Origin: an uncultured Planctomycetota bacterium
Lineage (GTDB): Bacteria > Planctomycetota > Planctomycetia > Pirellulales > Lacipirellulaceae
Assembly: GCA_963719315.1 (NCBI GenBank)
Contig: CAVRBU010000003.1
Location: 320,001 to 384,000 of the forward strand
Direction: 5' to 3'
DNA: 64,000 nucleotides
This document shows, piece after piece, positions 42,550-52,926 of the stretch (positions are counted from its first letter, which is position 1; every line of letters starts with the position of its first letter). Below the pieces are notes generated by a model. It was given only the letters and a program-made list of their open reading frames with translations. It was not told the origin of the DNA and made no database searches. The translations under genes and the position numbers were made by a program.

Positions 42550-44792
42550 ATGTCCACGCTTGCCGATAGCCTTGTCTCCAGCTCGTCGCGCAAGCTGCCG
42601 ATACGCAAGCGGCCCGATCTGATTGGCCGGCAGCAGCGTTATCAAGGTCGGCTGTACTGGGTTGTGAAAGACCCCGTAGGCCTACAGTATTACCGCTTCG
42701 AGGAAGAGGAATACGCGATTCTGCAGATGCTCGATGGTCACTCGAGCCTCGACGAAATCGCCGAACGCTTCGAGCACGATTTTCCGCCGCAGACGATTCG
42801 CACCGAGGAATTGCAGCAGTTCATCGGCATGTTGCACCGCAGCGGTCTGGTGATTACCGACGCCCCCGGCCAAGGCCAGCAGTTGGTGAAGCGCCGCAAC
42901 GAGCGGGTGCATCAAGAGCGAATGGCGACGTTTGCCAATATCCTGTCGCTACGCCTGAAGGGCGTTGATCCTGAGCGGTTTTTCAACTTTGTCTATCCGT
43001 ACGTCCGGTGGTTCTTTTCCGTGCCGGCGATGATCGTGTGCATCGCGATCGGGCTGACTGCCCTGTCGTTGGTGCTCGTGCAGTTCGATGTATTTCATTC
43101 CCGGCTGCCCGATTTCCACTATTTCTTTCGCGCCAGAATTGGCTTTGGCTCGGGCTAACGCTGTGCGTGACCAAAATTCTACACGAGTTCGGGCACGGCC
43201 TGTCGTGTAAACATTTTGGTGGTGAGTGTCACGAAATCGGCATCATGTTTCTCGTGCTCACACCGTGCCTGTATTGCAATGTCTCCGATTCCTGGATGCT
43301 GCCCAACCGCTGGCATCGAGCGGCGATCGGGGCGGCCGGCATGTACGTCGAGCTCGTGCTGGCTTCGATCTGCACGTTCATCTGGTGGTTCACCGAACCC
43401 GGTCCCGTCAATTACATCTGCTTGAACGTGATGTTCATCAGCTCGGTCAGCACCGTGATGTTCAACGCCAACCCGCTGCTGCGCTATGACGGCTATTACA
43501 TCCTCAGCGACATTCTGGAAATCCCCAACCTCCGCCAAAAGGCGAGCACGATTCTCAGCCGCAAGCTGGGCGCGTGGTGCTTGGGTCTCGAAGAGCCGGA
43601 AGACCCCTTCCTGCCGCAACGCCGGCAGTGGCTGTTCGCGACGTACACGGTCGCCTCGGCGATCTACCGCTGGATCGTCACGTTTTCGATTCTGTATTTT
43701 CTGAACCGAGTGTTCGAGCCCTACGGACTGAAAATCCTGGGCCAAGCGATTGCTTTGGGCTCGATTTACGGCCTCGTTATTCAACCGCTGTGGAATGTTT
43801 ACAAATTCTTCAAGGTGCCGGGGAGGTTAGGAAAAGTGAGTCGCGTTCGCCTGTATGTTACGATCTTGGTTTTAATCGGAGTGATCGCCGCGATCGGTTT
43901 TGTGCCGCTGCCCTCGCACGTGTATGCCCCGTTGGAAGTGCAAGCCCGGGACGCGGCGTCGGTTTACGTAAAAGTCGATGGTATACTCGATCAAACGTTC
44001 GTTCGCCCCGGCGACCAGGTCAAAGAGGGTCAATTGCTGGCTCAACTTCACAACATCGAGCTCGACTACGAGATCACCCAACTAGCCGGGGAGCGCGATA
44101 TCTTGTCCGTTCAACTCGCAGGCCTGCACCGCGCCAGCTTCGGCGATTACAGCGCGAGTACGCAAATCGATCCGGTCAGAAAGGCGCTCGCCGGCACCGA
44201 GGCGCAGCTTGCTACACGCGAGAAGGATCGCGAGAAGCTGCGGCTGGTCGCACCGCGCGACGGAACTGTGCTGCCGCCGCCGCTGGTGGAAAAACGCGGA
44301 GATGATGGCATCCACCTGGCGACGTGGTCCGGTTCGCCGTTCGATCCGGAGAATGTTGGCGCCCACCTAACGACCGGCACCAAATTATGCCAAATCGGCG
44401 ATCCTCACTCGCTCGAAGCCCGCCTGGTAATCGACCAGAACGACGTCGAATTCGTCGCGCCGGGACAAGAAGTCGAGATCATGCTCAATCAAACAGCCGA
44501 CTACGTGTACGCCGATTGTTTCATCGAGCGGGTTTCGACCGAGGATTTGAAGAAGAGCCCCGCGCACCTTTCGAGCCTGCACGGCGGTGCGCTGCCGACG
44601 AAAATGGACGCCGGGGGCGTGGCCCGCCCGCTAAGCCCGATCTTCGAAGCCGTCGTGCCGCTGCCGGACCAGGATCCGTATAACCTGCTGCGGCTGGGCC
44701 TTGTAGGCCGCGCAAAAATAACGACAGAACCACGCACGCTGTGGAGCCGGGTCTATCGCTATTTCTCACATACGCTCAATTTTGAGTTGTAA
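42550..44792 (+). CDS. PqqD-like N-terminal domain / site-2 protease (M50) / HlyD fusion; apparent frameshift near 43133
   Basis: ILQMLDGHSSLDEIAERF; HEFGH; NANPLLRYDGYY; C-terminal DGILDQTFV...APRDGTV. Confidence 0.82.
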
Positions 44793-44799
44793 TTTTCAG

Positions 44800-44978
44800 G
44801 CCCAACGGGCCGACAGTTCATAGCCAGGAGTGTAAACCCCTGGTTTAGAACGCCCGCTATGACATTTAGCCCCAACGGGGCGACAGCCCGCTTGCATACC
44901 GGTTGGGGCTTTGTCATGCGTTTGCCAATTGTTCCAGGGGCTGCGCCCCTGGCTATTGACTGTCGCCGCCTTGCGGCT
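44800..44978. repeat. Composite palindromic element (CCAGG...CCTGG and GCCCCAACGGGGCGACAG units)
   Basis: Repeated cccaacggg.cgacag and inverted tagccagg/cctggcta. Confidence 0.7.
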
Positions 44979-45078
44979 GAAATCACGACAGACGATGCGA
45001 TTTTGACAGCACTGCCAGCACCGCTGACCGCCGCTCTCGGGCTAGGCCCGTGCGGGGCATCTCCCTAGAATCCGCCGC

Positions 45079-48000
45079 ATGTTGCGCGGAAATCCAAGAA
45101 TCAATCGTGAATTCGTTCGCCATCGATCTCGTGTCGCATCGCCGTGCGCCGGCAGTGTGCGGCGCAAGCTGCTGACGTTCCTAGTCTTGATGGCGATCGT
45201 CGTCGCGTTCTTGCCGACGATCGTGGCCACGACTCCGCTCCGCAATGTGCTCCTATCGGCGGCGATGCCGAGCGACGCCGTGCGCGTTTCGATCGGCGGC
45301 GCTTCGTTGAGCTGGATCAGCGGTCCTTCGCTTACCGGCGTGCAGGTCGTTGACTCCGCCGGCAACGCCCTGCTCTCGGCCGATTCTGTCGCCGTCGACC
45401 GTTCGCCGGCGAATCTGCTGATGAACTCGCACGATTTGGGCGTGATTCAAATCAACCGCCCCGCGATTCACCTGAAAGTCCGTCCCGATGGCAGCGACCT
45501 GGAAGACGCACTGCAAAAGCTGCTCGCCGACGTGTCGAAGAACGCCAAGCCCTCCGTTGATAAACAGGATGTCGCCGGCGCGCCGGTCGCGTTTGCAATT
45601 CAACTGGTGGATGGCACGATTCTCGCCGAGGATGTCGCCACTGGCCGCGTGTGGCGGATCGAAGGCGTCAATGTTCAATACGATTGTCACGGCGCCGGCG
45701 GCGGACTGGGCAACGGATCGGTATCTGGCCAAATCACTGTCGCTAACCCCGGCGGCGCAGCGCCAATGTCGGCGGGGCGATTCGCAGTCGCGATCAAGCC
45801 GAACAGCGGCCGCAACGAGATGACGCTGCAAGCCGACGGCATCGCGCTCGCGCTGGCGCAGCCCTGGTTGCATCGATTCGCCAGCGTGAGCGAACTCAAT
45901 GGAACTCTCTCCGGCAGCGGCATCGCCACGTGGACCGCGGGCGGCAGCGCTATTGCCAGCGACTTGAACACGTCGGGCGCGCTCACGATTGATCGCTTGG
46001 ATGCGACCGCCCCACGACTGCTGGGCGACCGCGTGCGATTGGCCCGCGTCGAACTGCCCTGGCGGCTCGTCGCTCAGCCGACCGGCCTGGCGATTGAAGA
46101 CTTGCGGTTGAAAAGCGACCTGGGCCAAGTGGCTGTGCGCGGTCGACTCGACCCCGCGCTGCTGAAAGCTGCACAAGCTACAACTGATGCATCATCGTTC
46201 CCATTGAACGGCAACAACGACATCGAGCTCCGCGGCGCGATCGATATCGCCCGGCTGGCCACGATGCTGCCCCACGCACTCGGTATTCGCGGCGATACAA
46301 CGATCACGTCCGGTTCGATCGAACTCGCCGGCCGGCTGCAACCGACGGCCGCCGGCCAATCGCTCACAGGCTCCGTGCGGACCGCGCAGCTCGCCGCCAC
46401 AAGCGGTGGCAAGCCATTTCGCTGGGATCAACCCGTGAGCGCAAACTTCGCTGTCCGCCGCGAGGATGGCATGCTCGCGCTCGATTCGTTGCAGTGCGAT
46501 TCGAAAATCCTGCGCGTGCAAGCCGCGGGCACTTTTCAGCAGCTCACGGCCAACGCGTCGTTCGATCTCAACGCTCTCGCCGAGCAACTCGGGCAGTTCA
46601 TTGATTTAAGCCGCATGCAGTTGGCCGGCACCGGCACAGCACAACTCACGTGGCAACAAACGGAAAAGGACAAGTTCTCCGCCCTGGCCACGAGCGAACT
46701 TTCGCAACTTCGTGTCGTCCTGAGCGACGGTGCGATTTGGGCCGAGCCGCAACTTACCGTGCGGGCCGAAGCCGGCGGACTGCTCGACCCGGTTTCACAT
46801 CAGCCGACGCGCGTCGACACGGCCCAACTACTAGTCAACGGCCAAGGCGACCTCCTTGACGCTCGCCTCATCGGCGCGGTCGGTTTAACGAACACCGCAG
46901 CCGTGTGGCCCGTCACCGTGCGTTCGACCGGCAGCATCGCCCGCTGGCTGACGCGAGCCCGGCCTTGGTTCGCGCCCGGTGACTGGAAGATCGACGGCGC
47001 GAGTGAAATCTCCGCCATCATCCGCGCCACGAACGCGACGATCAACGTCACGGACGCGAAGGTCACGATCAACAACCTGCAGGCCACTAGCCTCGGATGG
47101 AACATCAACGAGCCGCGTGCTGAGTTCGCGGGCGATGCGCACGTAAATCTCGCGACGGGCGAAATCGCCGCAACTTCCGCTCAGTTCGTCACAAGCACCG
47201 TATCGATCGCCACCAAAGACGTGCACTACGCAAGCGGCACGAACGGCATCGGCCAACTGGCCGGCGCCGCCGCGTTCCGGGCCGATCTCGGGCGCTTGGC
47301 CGCCTGGCGCACACCCTCCGCGTATCAACCCGCCGGTGAATTCACTGGCAACATCCGCTTCGCCCAACAAGCCGGCCGCGTCACTGGCGAAATCACCGCC
47401 ACTGGCCAGAATTTGAGCCTAGCTACCCGCGGCGTCGCCCCCGCCGTAACACAAACCATCTGGCAAGAACCCCGCCTGACCCTTCGCAGCACCACGAATT
47501 ACGACTCCGCCGGCGATCGTCTCACGATCGATCAATTTCAAATTCAATCGAACACGCTCCAAGCCAATGCCGCCGGCCAAATCGACCGGCTCTCCACCAC
47601 TGCCGATTGCAATCTGAATGGCGCTTTGAACTACGACCTCGCTCAAGTCTCGCCGCTGTTGCGACCGTACATCGGCGAAGGCATTCTACTCAAGGGCCGC
47701 GAGCAGGCACGGTTTGCGCTGGCCGGCAAACTCAATGACGAAGGCGGCCCACACGCACAGCTCACTAGCCTGGCAACCGATCCATACCGAACCGGAGCTC
47801 CCGCTGGAATTTCGTCGCCCAGCCATTGGTCGCGGCGAATTCGCGCTCAACTGGAACTCCCGTGGAGCGGCGCGAATGTTTACGGTTTGCCCGTCGGCGC
47901 CGGTAAAATGGCCGCCACACTCGGAGAAGGCGCCCTGCAAATCGCGCCACTCGCACTTTCTGTGGGTGAAGGCCGATTGAACCTGTCCCCGACCGTGCGG

Positions 48001-48696
48001 TTCGATCCCGAGCCGGCCCAACTTTCGATGCCTGCCGGCCCCGTGATTACGAACGTCCGTATTTCACCGGAAGTCAGCGAGGCAATGCTGAAATTCGTCG
48101 CCCCGGTGCTTTCGGGCGCGACGCAGAGCGAAGGCCTCTTCTCGCTGCAGCTCGATGGCCTGCGCGTCCCGCTCGCCGACAGCAAGAAAACCGACTCCGC
48201 CGGCAAGCTGACCGTGCACTCTGTCCGGGTCGTGCCGGGCCCGATGACCCAGCAATGGGTCGGACTCGCCCAACAAATCGAAGCGCTGGCAAAACGCCGC
48301 GATCCGACGGCATCAACGAACCGACAGGTCACGCTACTCTCGATCCGTGATCAGCAAGTCAGCTTCCGCGTCGTCAATGGCCGCGTGTACCACGAGAACA
48401 TGGAATTCCAAGTCGGCGACGTTGTAATGCGCTCGCAAGGCTCCGTGGGACTCGATGAAACGATCGCCCTCACGCTGCAAATTCCCATCCAAGATGCCTG
48501 GATCGCCAAAGAGCCGCTGCTTGCCGGCCTAAAAGGCCAATCGCTGCAGGTACCCGTCACTGGCACACTCAAGCGCCCAAAGATGGACCAGCGGGCCGTC
48601 GCCAATCTGTCGAGCCAGTTGATTCAAAACTCCGCCGGCCAGGCCGTTGGTAACGAACTCAACAAAGTGCTCGATAAATTCCTCAAGCCGAAGTAA
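45079..48696 (+). CDS. Large AsmA/TamB-like beta-rich envelope protein
   Basis: N-terminal TM, repetitive beta strands, C-terminal GSVGLD...VPVTGTLKRPK; true start uncertain. Confidence 0.7.
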   Translation: MLRGNPRINREFVRHRSRVASPCAGSVRRKLLTFLVLMAIVVAFLPTIVATTPLRNVLLSAAMPSDAVRVSIGGASLSWISGPSLTGVQVVDSAGNALLSADSVAVDRSPANLLMNSHDLGVIQINRPAIHLKVRPDGSDLEDALQKLLADVSKNAKPSVDKQDVAGAPVAFAIQLVDGTILAEDVATGRVWRIEGVNVQYDCHGAGGGLGNGSVSGQITVANPGGAAPMSAGRFAVAIKPNSGRNEMTLQADGIALALAQPWLHRFASVSELNGTLSGSGIATWTAGGSAIASDLNTSGALTIDRLDATAPRLLGDRVRLARVELPWRLVAQPTGLAIEDLRLKSDLGQVAVRGRLDPALLKAAQATTDASSFPLNGNNDIELRGAIDIARLATMLPHALGIRGDTTITSGSIELAGRLQPTAAGQSLTGSVRTAQLAATSGGKPFRWDQPVSANFAVRREDGMLALDSLQCDSKILRVQAAGTFQQLTANASFDLNALAEQLGQFIDLSRMQLAGTGTAQLTWQQTEKDKFSALATSELSQLRVVLSDGAIWAEPQLTVRAEAGGLLDPVSHQPTRVDTAQLLVNGQGDLLDARLIGAVGLTNTAAVWPVTVRSTGSIARWLTRARPWFAPGDWKIDGASEISAIIRATNATINVTDAKVTINNLQATSLGWNINEPRAEFAGDAHVNLATGEIAATSAQFVTSTVSIATKDVHYASGTNGIGQLAGAAAFRADLGRLAAWRTPSAYQPAGEFTGNIRFAQQAGRVTGEITATGQNLSLATRGVAPAVTQTIWQEPRLTLRSTTNYDSAGDRLTIDQFQIQSNTLQANAAGQIDRLSTTADCNLNGALNYDLAQVSPLLRPYIGEGILLKGREQARFALAGKLNDEGGPHAQLTSLATDPYRTGAPAGISSPSHWSRRIRAQLELPWSGANVYGLPVGAGKMAATLGEGALQIAPLALSVGEGRLNLSPTVRFDPEPAQLSMPAGPVITNVRISPEVSEAMLKFVAPVLSGATQSEGLFSLQLDGLRVPLADSKKTDSAGKLTVHSVRVVPGPMTQQWVGLAQQIEALAKRRDPTASTNRQVTLLSIRDQQVSFRVVNGRVYHENMEFQVGDVVMRSQGSVGLDETIALTLQIPIQDAWIAKEPLLAGLKGQSLQVPVTGTLKRPKMDQRAVANLSSQLIQNSAGQAVGNELNKVLDKFLKPK

Positions 48697-48726
48697 TTCC
48701 TTGATGGAACCCGGCCCTCGCGGAGC

Positions 48727-48732
48727 TATAAT
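48727..48732 (+). promoter_or_regulatory. Candidate -10 box (TATAAT) for the MNT-HEPN pair
   Basis: Consensus hexamer upstream of 48789. Confidence 0.35.
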
Positions 48733-48788
48733 TTAGTGCGCCCACACTCCGTTGGAAGGCGATGATCACTTATCACACCCGGTGCTAT

Positions 48789-49106
48789 ATGGCATCTGCA
48801 ACCAGCATCATCGACGAGCAGCTTGAAACCGTCCGCCAATTGTGTCGCAAGTATCGCGTGGGGCGACTGGAGCTATTCGGCTCGGCGGCAAGGAACGTGG
48901 TCGGCGAATCTCCCAACGATTTGGATTTTCTCGTAGAATTCAAACCGCTCATTCCAGCCGATCGCGCGGATGCCTATTTCGGCTTGCTCGCGGATCTGCA
49001 AGACCTGTTTCGATGCGAAATCGATTTGGTCGAGACCGAAGCAGTCAGCAATCCGTATTTCAAGCAAGCCGTTGACGCGGATCGCACGGTGCTTTATGCC
49101 GCCTGA
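48789..49106 (+). CDS. Minimal nucleotidyltransferase (MNT) antitoxin
   Basis: LELFGSAAR...DLDFLVEF...IDLV. Confidence 0.88.
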   Translation: MASATSIIDEQLETVRQLCRKYRVGRLELFGSAARNVVGESPNDLDFLVEFKPLIPADRADAYFGLLADLQDLFRCEIDLVETEAVSNPYFKQAVDADRTVLYAA

Positions 49107-49479
49107 AGTGCTGAGATTCTTGCACGATATTCAGCAAGCGTGCGGCCTGATCGAGCATTTCACGGCCGGCAAAACGGTCGACGATTTTCGCAACGACATC
49201 CAACTTCGTTCGGCCATGGAGAGGCAATTCATTACTATCGGTGAAGCGCTCCAGCAAGCACTTCGCGTCGAACCAACATTGGCCGACTCGATCACCGACA
49301 GCCGCAGGATCATCAACTTCCGCAACGTGATGGTCCACGGATACGCACAAATCGTTCCCGATACGGTTTGGGGCGTTGTCGAAAGCGGTCGGCCCGCTGG
49401 ATGCCAAACGAGCCGCGTCGTATGTGGACGAAGTAGCACGACAATTGGCAACACTTTATCGCACCGGCCTATTACATAA
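49096..49479 (+). CDS. HEPN/DUF86 toxin with abnormal C-terminus
   Basis: ERQFITIGEA, RNVMVHGY (Rx4H); family-like sequence stops after VWGVVES. Confidence 0.8.
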   Translation: MPPEVLRFLHDIQQACGLIEHFTAGKTVDDFRNDIQLRSAMERQFITIGEALQQALRVEPTLADSITDSRRIINFRNVMVHGYAQIVPDTVWGVVESGRPAGCQTSRVVCGRSSTTIGNTLSHRPIT

Positions 49480-49906
49480 CGATATTCGTCCGGGCACGAT
49501 CTTATTGGACGAAACTGGTGCCGCACGATTAATTGCCGTCGGTTCCAAATCCGTTTCGGATATCCGGGCCGATCCAGATCGAGTAGCAGAAGTGGTTGAC
49601 TACCTTGCGCCAGAACGAGCGCTGGCGTTCAGGGTAGTAGATCAACGTGCAGACATCTACAGTCTCGGATGCGTTTTCTATTATTTGCTGGTCGGACGGG
49701 CGCCATTTGGCAGCGGCTCAATCAGCGAACGCTTGCTGATGCATCAAACTGCCCAGCCTGTTTCTATCAGCTCATCTCGTTCCGATGTGCCCCAATCGCT
49801 CGCGAACATCTGCGAAGTGATGATGGCAAAGCAGCCAGATGACCGCTATCAGTCCGCGGAAACAGTCGTCGAGGCGATTGAGACGTGGCTTCGGTCGGCG
49901 CGATAG
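49376..49906 (+). pseudogene. Ser/Thr kinase C-lobe fragment (pseudokinase), possibly fused to the HEPN gene
   Basis: HNDIRP, YLAPE, DIYSLG, DRYQSA; no N-lobe and no DFG. Confidence 0.65.
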
Positions 49907-50009
49907 GCTCACCCGCCCGATGCTAGCGGTGACTTCTCTTGCTGTAACTTCAGCATTGCTCTAATCTCCGCCAGCATTTCTCCGCCGCGACCCGTAGGAC
50001 TGGATTGCA

Positions 50010-51076
50010 ATGGCTTTCGCATTTCGCACTGCTGCATACATGCCAATTCTGGCGATTTTCGTCCTGCTGTTCGGTACGCGCGCCACGCGCAGTTTGCCGT
50101 ACCGAACCCCACGGAGGTGACCGTCGTTAATGCAACGACGGTGTTCGCGCAGGCGATGCAGATGCCGCAAAACGAAATTCCGCGCAATCTGCTCACCGAT
50201 GCGCAAGCCATCGCCATCGTGCCCGGCATGATTCGCGGCGCGTTCGTTATCGGCCTGCAACACGGCAAAGGTGTGCTCGTGTTTCGTGATCCTAATGGGG
50301 CCTGGCAGGCACCGCGGATGATCGACATCACGGGCGGCAGCTTCGGCTACCAAATCGGCGTGCAGGCCACGGATCTTATTCTGGTGTTTCGCACGCCGCA
50401 GAGCGTGCAGAACTTGCTCCGCGGCACGCTGAAGATTGGTGTCGATGCGTCGGCCGCGGCCGGACCGGTTGGCCGGCAAACGTCGGCCAGTACCGACACG
50501 CGGCTAGCGGCGGAGATTTTGTCGTACTCGCGGGCCCGCGGCGCGTTCGTCGGTGTGTCGATCGACGGTTCGGCGATCTCGCTCGATCCTAGCGCCGAGG
50601 CGATTTACTATCAACCGCCGGGCGCGTTCCCGGCCTCGGCGGCGCAACTACTGCAAATGATAAGTGCTTACACGGCGACGCAGCAGCCGGCCATCGCTCC
50701 CGCGTTAGGAACTGGGCAAGTCGCGCCCGCTCCGGGCGCCACAGGCTGGATGCCGGCCAGCCAGCACGGTGGCGGCGATACGGAAACGGCTCGCCAGCAA
50801 CTTGAGGCTGCCTCTCGACAACTGTCGGCCAGCCTGGACGACAACTGGAAGCGCTACCTGGCTCTGCCGCCCGAAGTTTATATGCCCAATCAGGCGCCAA
50901 ACCCACAAGCCACACAGCAAGCGCTCCAGCGATACGAAGAAGTGGCCCGCAATCCTCAATATGCAGCGCTACAAGTCCGGCCGGAGTTCCAGCAAACGCT
51001 CACCTCGCTCCGACGCATGGGCGAAGTGCGGACCGCGTCGAACAACTCGCTTCAATTGCCGCCACCACCGAAGTGA
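50010..51076 (+). CDS. SYLF/Ysc84-domain exported protein; signal peptide offset by an apparent frameshift near 50083
   Basis: GGSFGYQIGVQATDLILVF, AAAGPVGR, ILSYSRARGAFVG. Confidence 0.85.
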
Positions 51077-51167
51077 ATGTATGCGTGTGGTTCGACGAGG
51101 CCCCGATGCCGCTCGCGGAGCGCGCGGCCAACACTCCTGACTCCCCGCCCTCCACCGGGTATCATAG

Positions 51168-51335
51168 ATGTCGCGTGCGGATATCATTCTGCTGGCTGTT
51201 GCCGCGTACGTGGCTGTGATGACGCTGGTCCGCTTGATGAAGTCGCGTCGCGACGCCCTGGTTGCCGACGTACAGCGACAGGTTGACGCACGACAATCTA
51301 ATAAACGAAATCCGCCTCAACGTGACGCTGCCTAG
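51168..51335 (+). CDS. 55-aa single-TM microprotein upstream of miaB (not in the ORF track)
   Basis: MSRADIILLAVAAYVAVMTLVRLMKSRRDALVADVQRQ... Confidence 0.6.
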   Translation: MSRADIILLAVAAYVAVMTLVRLMKSRRDALVADVQRQVDARQSNKRNPPQRDAA

Positions 51336-51342
51336 TTGATCA

Positions 51343-51410
51343 AGACAAGGAGACCGGGAGACAAGGAGAAACGATAGAGTGACGATCTCCTTGTCTCCCC
51401 TTCTCCTTGC
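51343..51410. repeat. Inverted GACAAGGA octamer arrays
   Basis: Same unit as 22076-22143. Confidence 0.75.
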
Positions 51411-51428
51411 ATTCTTGTCTTTCCAAAA

Positions 51429-52901
51429 ATGAAGCTGTACATCGAAACCGTTGGCTGCCAGATGAATGAGCTCGACAGCGAGCTGGTCGTCGCCAGTCTG
51501 CGCAAAGACGGTTACGAGCTTACGACGAGTCCCCACGACGCGGACACCATTCTGTTCAACACTTGCAGCGTCCGTCAGCACGCTGAGGACAAAATCTATA
51601 GCGCTCTCGGGCGCCTCAAGAACGCCAAGCGTGAGCAACCGAACAAAGTCATTGGCGTGCTCGGCTGCATGGCCCAAAAAGACCAAGGCGTCATCTTCAA
51701 GCGAGCGCCATACGTCGATCTGATCGTCGGCCCCGGGCAGTTGCACCAGGTGCCGGCGCTCGTTCGAGAAATCCGTGCGGAAGGCGCGACGCGCACGCAG
51801 CGAATGGAAGTCAGCCTCGGTCGCAAAGATGGCTCACGTGAGGCAATCGAGCGGAGCCACGAAAGCTTCGATCCGCTTCGCGATCCGGCGATGCGACCAA
51901 CACCACATCAGGCGTATGTGCGGATCATGATCGGCTGCGACAAGTTCTGCTCTTATTGTATCGTGCCCAGCGTCCGCGGTCCCGAGCAAAGCCGGCCGCC
52001 CGCGGCGATTTTGGCCGAGTCCCGCCAACTCGCCAGCGAAGGTTGCAAAGAGATCACCCTGCTCGGCCAGACCGTCAACAGCTACCGCTACTGCGAGGGC
52101 GACCGCAACTGGCGGATGAGCGATCTGCTCGCCGCGCTGCACGAGATCGAAGGCATCGAACGAATAAAGTTCGTCACGAACTACCCCAAGGACATGACGA
52201 ACGACCTGCTGGCCGCCGTGCGGGATCTGCCGAATGTGAGCAAGTACCTGCACGTGCCCGTACAAAGCGGCTCGAACGCCGTACTGCAACGGATGAAGCG
52301 TGGTTATACGGTCGAAGAGTATCGCGAGATGCTGGCCCGCACCCGCGAATGGATTCCCAACGTCGCCGTTTCCAGCGACTTTATCGTCGGCTTCTGCGGC
52401 GAGACGGACGCGGAGTTTCAACTCACGATGGACCTGGTCCGTGAATCGCGATTCAAAAACAGCTTCATCTTCAAGTACAGCGAACGACCCGGAACGAAGG
52501 GCGCCGAGTTGTTCGCCGACGACGTGCCGGATGATGTCAAACGCCACCGCAACAACGAGCTGCTGGCCCTGCAAAACGAAATCAGCGAGCAAGACAACCA
52601 CGCTTTCCTCGGCCAACAAGTGACCGTGCTAGTCGAAGGCCCCAGCAAATCCGCCGAGAAGCACGCCGTTGTTTCACCCGACACCCGGCACCCGATACCT
52701 GACACGTTTCCTTCCCCCCTCCAACTTACCGGCCGCACCCATTGCGACCGAATCGTCGTGTTCGACGGCAACCCCCGTCAAATCGGCCACTTCCTGCCGG
52801 TCGTCATCTATGACGCCAATGCCCACACGCTATTTGGCGAAGTCGTGACGCGGCATACTCAGGGAATTCTGTACGAACTCTCGCTGCCGACCGTGGTATA
52901 G
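51429..52901 (+). CDS. miaB: tRNA methylthiotransferase MiaB
   Basis: GCQMNELDS, NTCSVR, GCMAQ, GCDKFCSYCIVP, HVPVQSGS, TRAM domain. Confidence 0.95.
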   Translation: MKLYIETVGCQMNELDSELVVASLRKDGYELTTSPHDADTILFNTCSVRQHAEDKIYSALGRLKNAKREQPNKVIGVLGCMAQKDQGVIFKRAPYVDLIVGPGQLHQVPALVREIRAEGATRTQRMEVSLGRKDGSREAIERSHESFDPLRDPAMRPTPHQAYVRIMIGCDKFCSYCIVPSVRGPEQSRPPAAILAESRQLASEGCKEITLLGQTVNSYRYCEGDRNWRMSDLLAALHEIEGIERIKFVTNYPKDMTNDLLAAVRDLPNVSKYLHVPVQSGSNAVLQRMKRGYTVEEYREMLARTREWIPNVAVSSDFIVGFCGETDAEFQLTMDLVRESRFKNSFIFKYSERPGTKGAELFADDVPDDVKRHRNNELLALQNEISEQDNHAFLGQQVTVLVEGPSKSAEKHAVVSPDTRHPIPDTFPSPLQLTGRTHCDRIVVFDGNPRQIGHFLPVVIYDANAHTLFGEVVTRHTQGILYELSLPTVV

Positions 52902-52926
52902 TCATGGTCGTGGCGAGCGCAGCTCA

